NCBI GenBank assembly: GCA_032128875.1
Contig: JAVLKG010000005.1
Location: 64,001-128,000 of the forward strand
DNA: 64,000 nt
Reading direction: 5' to 3'
DNA from: Candidatus Melainabacteria bacterium 17Bon1m
Lineage (GTDB): Bacteria; Cyanobacteriota; Vampirovibrionia; Obscuribacterales; Obscuribacteraceae
Every line of letters begins with the position of its first letter. The first letter of the stretch is position 1. Made by a program: the position numbers and the translations under genes. The notes beneath the pieces are model-generated. The model saw only the letters and a list, made by a program, of their open reading frames with translations, made no database searches and was not told the origin of the DNA. Positions 59,455 through 64,000 of this stretch are shown in pieces.

Positions 59455-59565
59455 AGGAGTGTCTCCTCCGGGCGTTATCCCGGTTTGAAAGCCTTTGTTG
59501 AGCAAGACGCACGATATGCTGCATTGCTGCAGCATACCGTGGTCCGCATGGGAAGCCCGGCGACC

Positions 59566-60393
59566 TTAGTGGTTGCCGTTGCCTTCCTTCTTCTTGAACA
59601 GTCCGACGATCAGCCCGAACAAGCCGGTGATCGGCTTGATAAGCGAGTCGACGAGTTCGGCGATGTTGGCCATCACCTGACCCAGCCACTTGAAGGTGGG
59701 GCTCAGGAGGCGCTGCAGGAAGGGCACCTTGTCATAGATCATGCCGAAGGCGATGATGCCCATGATGGTGCCGAACTTCTGCATGCCGTGGAACTCGAAG
59801 TGGAAGAAGTACTCGGTCACCAGGATGACGCCGATGAAGCCGACGAGCACGTAGGCGATCTTGGCGAGGATGGGGAACTTGTCCAGCAGCTTGATGAAAG
59901 CGCCGGCCACGAACCGCATCGCCAGGATGCCGATGAACACGCCGAGCACGACCACCCACATCTTGGGCGACAGGGCGACAGCCGCAATGACGTTGTCGAT
60001 GGAGAACGCGAGGTCCGCCAATTCGACCGCAGCGACGGTGGCCCAGAAGCCCGCAGCCTTGGACTGGTGCGCATCACCTTCACCCTCTTCGCCCACACCC
60101 AGGTGCGAGCACATCAGGTAGATGAGGTAGCCGCCGCCGACCAGACGCACCCACGGGTTGGCGATCAGGAAGCCGACGAACAGGAGGGCGACGCCGCGCA
60201 GGACGTAGGCGCCGATCAGACCGGCCTTGAGGGCCAGGCTCTGCTGCTTCTCGGGAAGGTGCTTGACCATGGCCGCCAGGACCAGGGCGTTATCGACGCT
60301 GAGCAGGCCTTCCAGGATGATGAGCGAGAGGATGATCGGCCCGGCAGAGATCAGTTCCGCCATCGACGGAACATGAGACAGGAAACTTTCCAT
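59566..60393 (-). CDS. terC: TerC-family integral membrane protein
   Basis: LEGLLSVDNALVLA, GAYVLR, DLAFSIDNVIAAVA, GILAMRF; AAGGAG RBS. Confidence 0.93.
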   Translation of the reverse strand: MESFLSHVPSMAELISAGPIILSLIILEGLLSVDNALVLAAMVKHLPEKQQSLALKAGLIGAYVLRGVALLFVGFLIANPWVRLVGGGYLIYLMCSHLGVGEEGEGDAHQSKAAGFWATVAAVELADLAFSIDNVIAAVALSPKMWVVVLGVFIGILAMRFVAGAFIKLLDKFPILAKIAYVLVGFIGVILVTEYFFHFEFHGMQKFGTIMGIIAFGMIYDKVPFLQRLLSPTFKWLGQVMANIAELVDSLIKPITGLFGLIVGLFKKKEGNGNH

Positions 60394-60695
60394 TGAGTTG
60401 CTCCTTAAGAGTTCGCGTCTGCGAACTTTGGCCGCGCGGCACCGCACTTCAGGCGGATGCGTTGCAGCGGTTGATGAAAGGACATGGGCGAAGGTGCTTT
60501 TGGCGGCTTCCAACACCCATCTCGGGACGAGTGGTCTATTGCTAGAACCACGCGGCGGCCAGGTCCTGGACTGGGACCTTTCCGCGCAAACGCCTACGGA
60601 CACTCCGGCTAGGCCGGTGCAATCGGTCCGTCGGTCGGTTTGGGGAGCACCACATTCAGTGGCGTGATGCTGCCCAAGCCGAACGAATAAGAAGA

Positions 60696-60729
60696 AGAAA
60701 CGGTGCCCGCAGATGCGAGCACCGTTTCT
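60696..60729 (-). terminator. Hairpin/terminator after the 60739-62679 gene
   Basis: Minus strand AGAAACGGTGCTCGC-ATCT-GCGGGCACCGTTTCT followed by TCTTCTTATT. Confidence 0.55.
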
Positions 60730-60738
60730 CCCGAATCA

Positions 60739-62679
60739 TCAGCTTTGACCATGAGCAAGCAGTTCGCTCAAACGCGTCTCATAGGAGAGGATCATGTCCT
60801 CCGCCTTCTGAAGATCTCCGGCTTCCAGCGCCTCCTCTGCTTTCTGTGCAAAAGCGGTGAGTGCCTTGCCCGGTGCGATTGCGTTTTGCGCGGCTCGTGC
60901 TTGCGCGTCGGTCAGACGCTTTTGCAGCGAGTCCTTTGTAGGCACTGCCGGAGCAGTGTGCTGCCCAGGTGCATCTTCGGCGACCGTCTCTGCGTGTGGC
61001 TTTGCAGCCAATTCCGCTTGCCGGGTTTCATAGGAATGCACCATCCTTTCGGCACCGTCAAGGTCGCCCTTGCCGATGAGCTCATCCGCCTTCTCAGCGA
61101 ATTTACCCAGTGCCTTGTCTTCGCCGTGACCGGCAGCGACAGCTTTCGCTTTCGCTTGCGTCAGCCGGTCATTGAGCGCGGTCTTGGGGTCGACCGCGGG
61201 GGGGGCGGGCTGAGCGGTAGTCGAGCCGGTCGCATCTTCTTTATGAGTGGTTTCCGCAGGAGCGGCGACCACCTTAGGAGGATTGACTTTGAACTCGCCC
61301 AGCTTCACTTCGTAGGAATTGATGAACCCCTCGGCAGTGTCGAGTTTGCCATTCTTGATGGCATCTTCGGCAGCCTTGGCGAAATTCATCAACGACTTCT
61401 GATTGGCAAAGCCGAGTGTTTCCGCTTCGTCCTTCGCCTTGTCCAGCCGGCGCTGCAGCCGTACATCAGCGGGGGCGTGTTCCCATGCGACGATGAGACC
61501 TTCCAGACGAGTCTCGTAACTCGTCACTGCCATTTCGGCAGCGTTGAAGTCGAGCTTGTCGCCTGAGGCTTCGTCGAACTTCTTCTGGAAAGCATCCAGC
61601 GCCTTGTCGCTGTTCAGCCCTTTGTCGGCGTTGTCGAAACGCTTCTTCTTGGCTGCATCCATGCGCGTCTTGAGTCCGTCGGCTTTCCGGAGGAGTTCCT
61701 CCATCTCGCGCGCCGTCTGCTTGTACAGATCCTCGAGTCGCTGCGCCTCGCGATTCCAGCTGTCCAAGCCGCTTTCCACTTCCGCGAATTTCTTGGCGGT
61801 GAGGGCGGCTTTGATGACTTCCAGCTGGTCGACCAGGTCTTTGGTCTTGGGTGGCTGTTCGAGCGTCATGCCCTTGAGCGTATCGTCGACCTTCTTCTGC
61901 GCTTCCAACGCCTGGACGCGAAAGCCGCGCACTTGCTCGAGGCGAGCGTAGGCGCGTTTCACATCCTCACCGATGGACTCGCGGTCGTGCTCCATCTTCT
62001 GGATGACGATGCGAGCCTTGGTGATGTATCCGCCGATTTCCTCGTCGAATTTCTTCGGCTGGAGGCTGAGCGGATTGCCGAGGCGGGTGCGGTCGAAAGT
62101 CGTGAGTCGGGCTTCGATGTCGCTCAGCTCAGCAGGTTTCGGCTTGCCCACGGTATTGACGCGGGCTTCCAGCTGCTCTACTTCCGCGCGGCGCCTCGAG
62201 GCGACTTCAGCGAGGTCGAGCCAGCGCTGACGCAAGTTGACGAAGAACTTGTTGGCCTTGTCGAAGACTTCGACCATCGTCTTTTTCAGCTCGTCGGGAG
62301 TGGTCGTCTGCTTCTGCGTGGCAGAGCCGAGCAGACCTCTCTCGTGAGCCGGAACGACGACAAGCGACAATTGAATCGACTGCCCGTTCAGGAGCTTGTC
62401 GATTTCATCGATCGCTTCCTGGCGGCCGATTAGGCGCGGCAGGTTGTCGCGCTTCTTCTGTGCTTCTTCGACCACGTCGCGAATCAGCTTCAGGTATTCC
62501 CAGAGCTTCTCGACCGTCGTGAACGCTTCGTGGCACTTGGTGTCAGTTTCGCCTGTCAGCTGGTTTGCTTTTGCCGTCACGTAGCCGCCGCCGTCTTCGA
62601 GTGAGACGAGGTTGGCATTGATGTTCGGCAAATCCTGCTTCCAGCTGGCAAGCTTTTGATCAAGCTTATCGAGAGTCAT
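60739..62679 (-). CDS. Large coiled-coil protein with four C-terminal helical repeats
   Basis: GGAGG RBS; repeats L..RL..A...A......KAL..F...A...........AE....SYE.. Confidence 0.8.
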   Translation of the reverse strand: MTLDKLDQKLASWKQDLPNINANLVSLEDGGGYVTAKANQLTGETDTKCHEAFTTVEKLWEYLKLIRDVVEEAQKKRDNLPRLIGRQEAIDEIDKLLNGQSIQLSLVVVPAHERGLLGSATQKQTTTPDELKKTMVEVFDKANKFFVNLRQRWLDLAEVASRRRAEVEQLEARVNTVGKPKPAELSDIEARLTTFDRTRLGNPLSLQPKKFDEEIGGYITKARIVIQKMEHDRESIGEDVKRAYARLEQVRGFRVQALEAQKKVDDTLKGMTLEQPPKTKDLVDQLEVIKAALTAKKFAEVESGLDSWNREAQRLEDLYKQTAREMEELLRKADGLKTRMDAAKKKRFDNADKGLNSDKALDAFQKKFDEASGDKLDFNAAEMAVTSYETRLEGLIVAWEHAPADVRLQRRLDKAKDEAETLGFANQKSLMNFAKAAEDAIKNGKLDTAEGFINSYEVKLGEFKVNPPKVVAAPAETTHKEDATGSTTAQPAPPAVDPKTALNDRLTQAKAKAVAAGHGEDKALGKFAEKADELIGKGDLDGAERMVHSYETRQAELAAKPHAETVAEDAPGQHTAPAVPTKDSLQKRLTDAQARAAQNAIAPGKALTAFAQKAEEALEAGDLQKAEDMILSYETRLSELLAHGQS

Positions 62680-62896
62680 ATTAAGTCCTCCAGATTTGCG
62701 TCCGCCCCGGTGAGGCGAGACTACAGGTAGTTTGAAAACCCGCAGCTCGCCTGCACCAGGGACGGTGCAAAGCCAGCCGGAGGCGTGTCCAGTTGAATCC
62801 TTCTACTTACGTTCGAAGGACTGAATCGCGCCAACCGGCAACCGCTGTTCTACAAGGATTGAGTCCTTGCAGAAACAGCGGCACCACAGTCAGCGC

Positions 62897-63451
62897 TTAG
62901 AACAGGCGGGCGATGGCGCCGGCCAGATCCTGCACGGTGCGGCCGTCGGCCGGGTCACCGATGGCGGCGAACTTCCATTCGCCGTTGTGCCGGTACAGGC
63001 GCGACATGATCATCGCGGTGTTGGGCACCTTCGCCGAGAGCTCGAAGCGGCACAGCTCGGCGCCGCCGGCACCGTTGACGATGCGCACGAAGGCGTTCTC
63101 GACGACGTCGAACTTCTGGCCCAGGAACGAGTTGACCGTGAAGACGATGTGCTGCACGTTGGCCGGCACCTTCGTCAGGTCGACCGAGATCACCTCGTCG
63201 TCGCCGTCGCCGGCGCCGGTACGGTTGTCGCCCGAGTGCACGACCGAGCCGCACTTCGACTTCAGCTGGCGGAACCAGACCTGGTCGAGAAGGGCCTTGT
63301 CGGCGCCGAGCAGAACGCAGGAGGCGTCGAGGTCGACATCACGCGAGCCGGTGTCCCAGCCGAGACCCATCTTGATGACGCCCAGCGCGTTGCCGCCGTT
63401 GAGATCCTTGGAAAGGGAAACCTTCTGTCCCTTGGTGAGCTTGACTGCCAT
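62897..63451 (-). CDS. terZ: TerD-family protein (TerZ-like)
   Basis: [47 protein letters not shown]. Confidence 0.88.
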   Translation of the reverse strand: MAVKLTKGQKVSLSKDLNGGNALGVIKMGLGWDTGSRDVDLDASCVLLGADKALLDQVWFRQLKSKCGSVVHSGDNRTGAGDGDDEVISVDLTKVPANVQHIVFTVNSFLGQKFDVVENAFVRIVNGAGGAELCRFELSAKVPNTAMIMSRLYRHNGEWKFAAIGDPADGRTVQDLAGAIARLF

Positions 63452-63599
63452 GTTGAATTCTCCTTACGCCTTGTAGGCGTGTTCTGGATGTTGGTGAAAA
63501 GGGGCTGCGACCCAACTGCATAGTTGGATGCGCAGCCCCAGTTCGATGAACGAATTCGAGCCGTGAAACGCTAGCGCCTAGGCGCCGTCCGCTTCTCGA

Positions 63600-64000
63600 T
63601 TACTCGACGGAGATGCCGTAGTTGCCGCAGAGGGCAGCCAGGCCGCCGTCGTAGCCCTGACCGACCGCGTTCATCTTCCACTCGCCGTTGTGGTTGTAGA
63701 TCTCGGCGAAGATCATCGCGGTGTTGGTGGAGGCGTCTTCCGACAGGTCGAAGCGGGCGATCTCGGTGCCGTCGGCCTCGTTGACGATGCGCACGAAGGC
63801 ATTGGTGATCTGACCGAAGGACTGGCCGCGCTCGGCGGCTTCGTTGATGGTGACCGCGACCGCGACCTTCTTGACCGCGGGGTCGAGCTTGGTCAGGTCG
63901 ATCTTGATCACCTCGTCGTCACCGTCGCCGGCGCCGGTCAGGTTGTCGCCCTGGTGCTCGACGGCGCCGCAGACCGACTTCTTCTGGTTGTAGAAGATGA
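63600..64000 (-). CDS. terD: TerD/TerE-family protein, 5' end outside the window
   Basis: [47 protein letters not shown]. Confidence 0.9.
   Translation of the reverse strand, partial: IFYNQKKSVCGAVEHQGDNLTGAGDGDDEVIKIDLTKLDPAVKKVAVAVTINEAAERGQSFGQITNAFVRIVNEADGTEIARFDLSEDASTNTAMIFAEIYNHNGEWKMNAVGQGYDGGLAALCGNYGISVE

Noticed and set aside
60394..60738. yybP-ykoY manganese riboswitch expected upstream of terC
   Set aside because: Characteristic GGGGAGUAG-type segment not found by eye; an Infernal scan would settle it
60690..60750. Hammerhead-like CTGATGA...GAAAC...GTT on the minus strand
   Set aside because: Stems I and II cannot form properly; explained by tandem stop codons followed by a terminator hairpin
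51207..64000. Prophage call for the GC-rich right end
   Set aside because: No structural, packaging, replication or integrase genes are visible in the window

Overview
Bacterial chromosomal window with about 55 protein-coding genes. I found no rRNA, tRNA, CRISPR array, integrase or transposase. Gene content and style are reminiscent of Melainabacteria/Obscuribacterales, but that is a weak inference. The window is a compositional mosaic. GC-rich blocks with strongly C/G-ending codons (about 31-2963, 7303-8145, 10004-16696, 19939-31535, 42835-43194, 51207-64000) alternate with more AT-rich blocks carrying TPR/Sel1 proteins, a HigBA toxin-antitoxin pair, two-component systems, EF-hand proteins, a calpain and a MocR regulator. 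Main candidates: (1) a translationally coupled pair of histidine kinases (32669-36318), one with the phospho-His but no ATP-binding motifs and one with ATP-binding motifs but no His, consistent with a split, mutually complementing sensor next to a divergent OmpR-type regulator; (2) a six-gene operon (10004-16696) with two 2OG/Fe(II)-type oxygenases, a cytosylglucuronate-synthase-like glycosyltransferase, an HprK-like P-loop protein, a second glycosyltransferase and a Gfo/Idh/MocA oxidoreductase, facing a NUDIX-SDR-divergent NadE-like operon, together a candidate new nucleoside-type pathway; (3) intergenic spacers of the GC-rich blocks tiled with strand-specific hairpins, including a ~440-nt structured leader at 42391-42834; (4) an identical 25-bp palindrome at two sites 20 kb apart; (5) an extended Ter stress cluster with an uncalled 24-aa membrane peptide and a four-repeat helical protein. 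All family calls are from motif recognition by eye; no searches were run.
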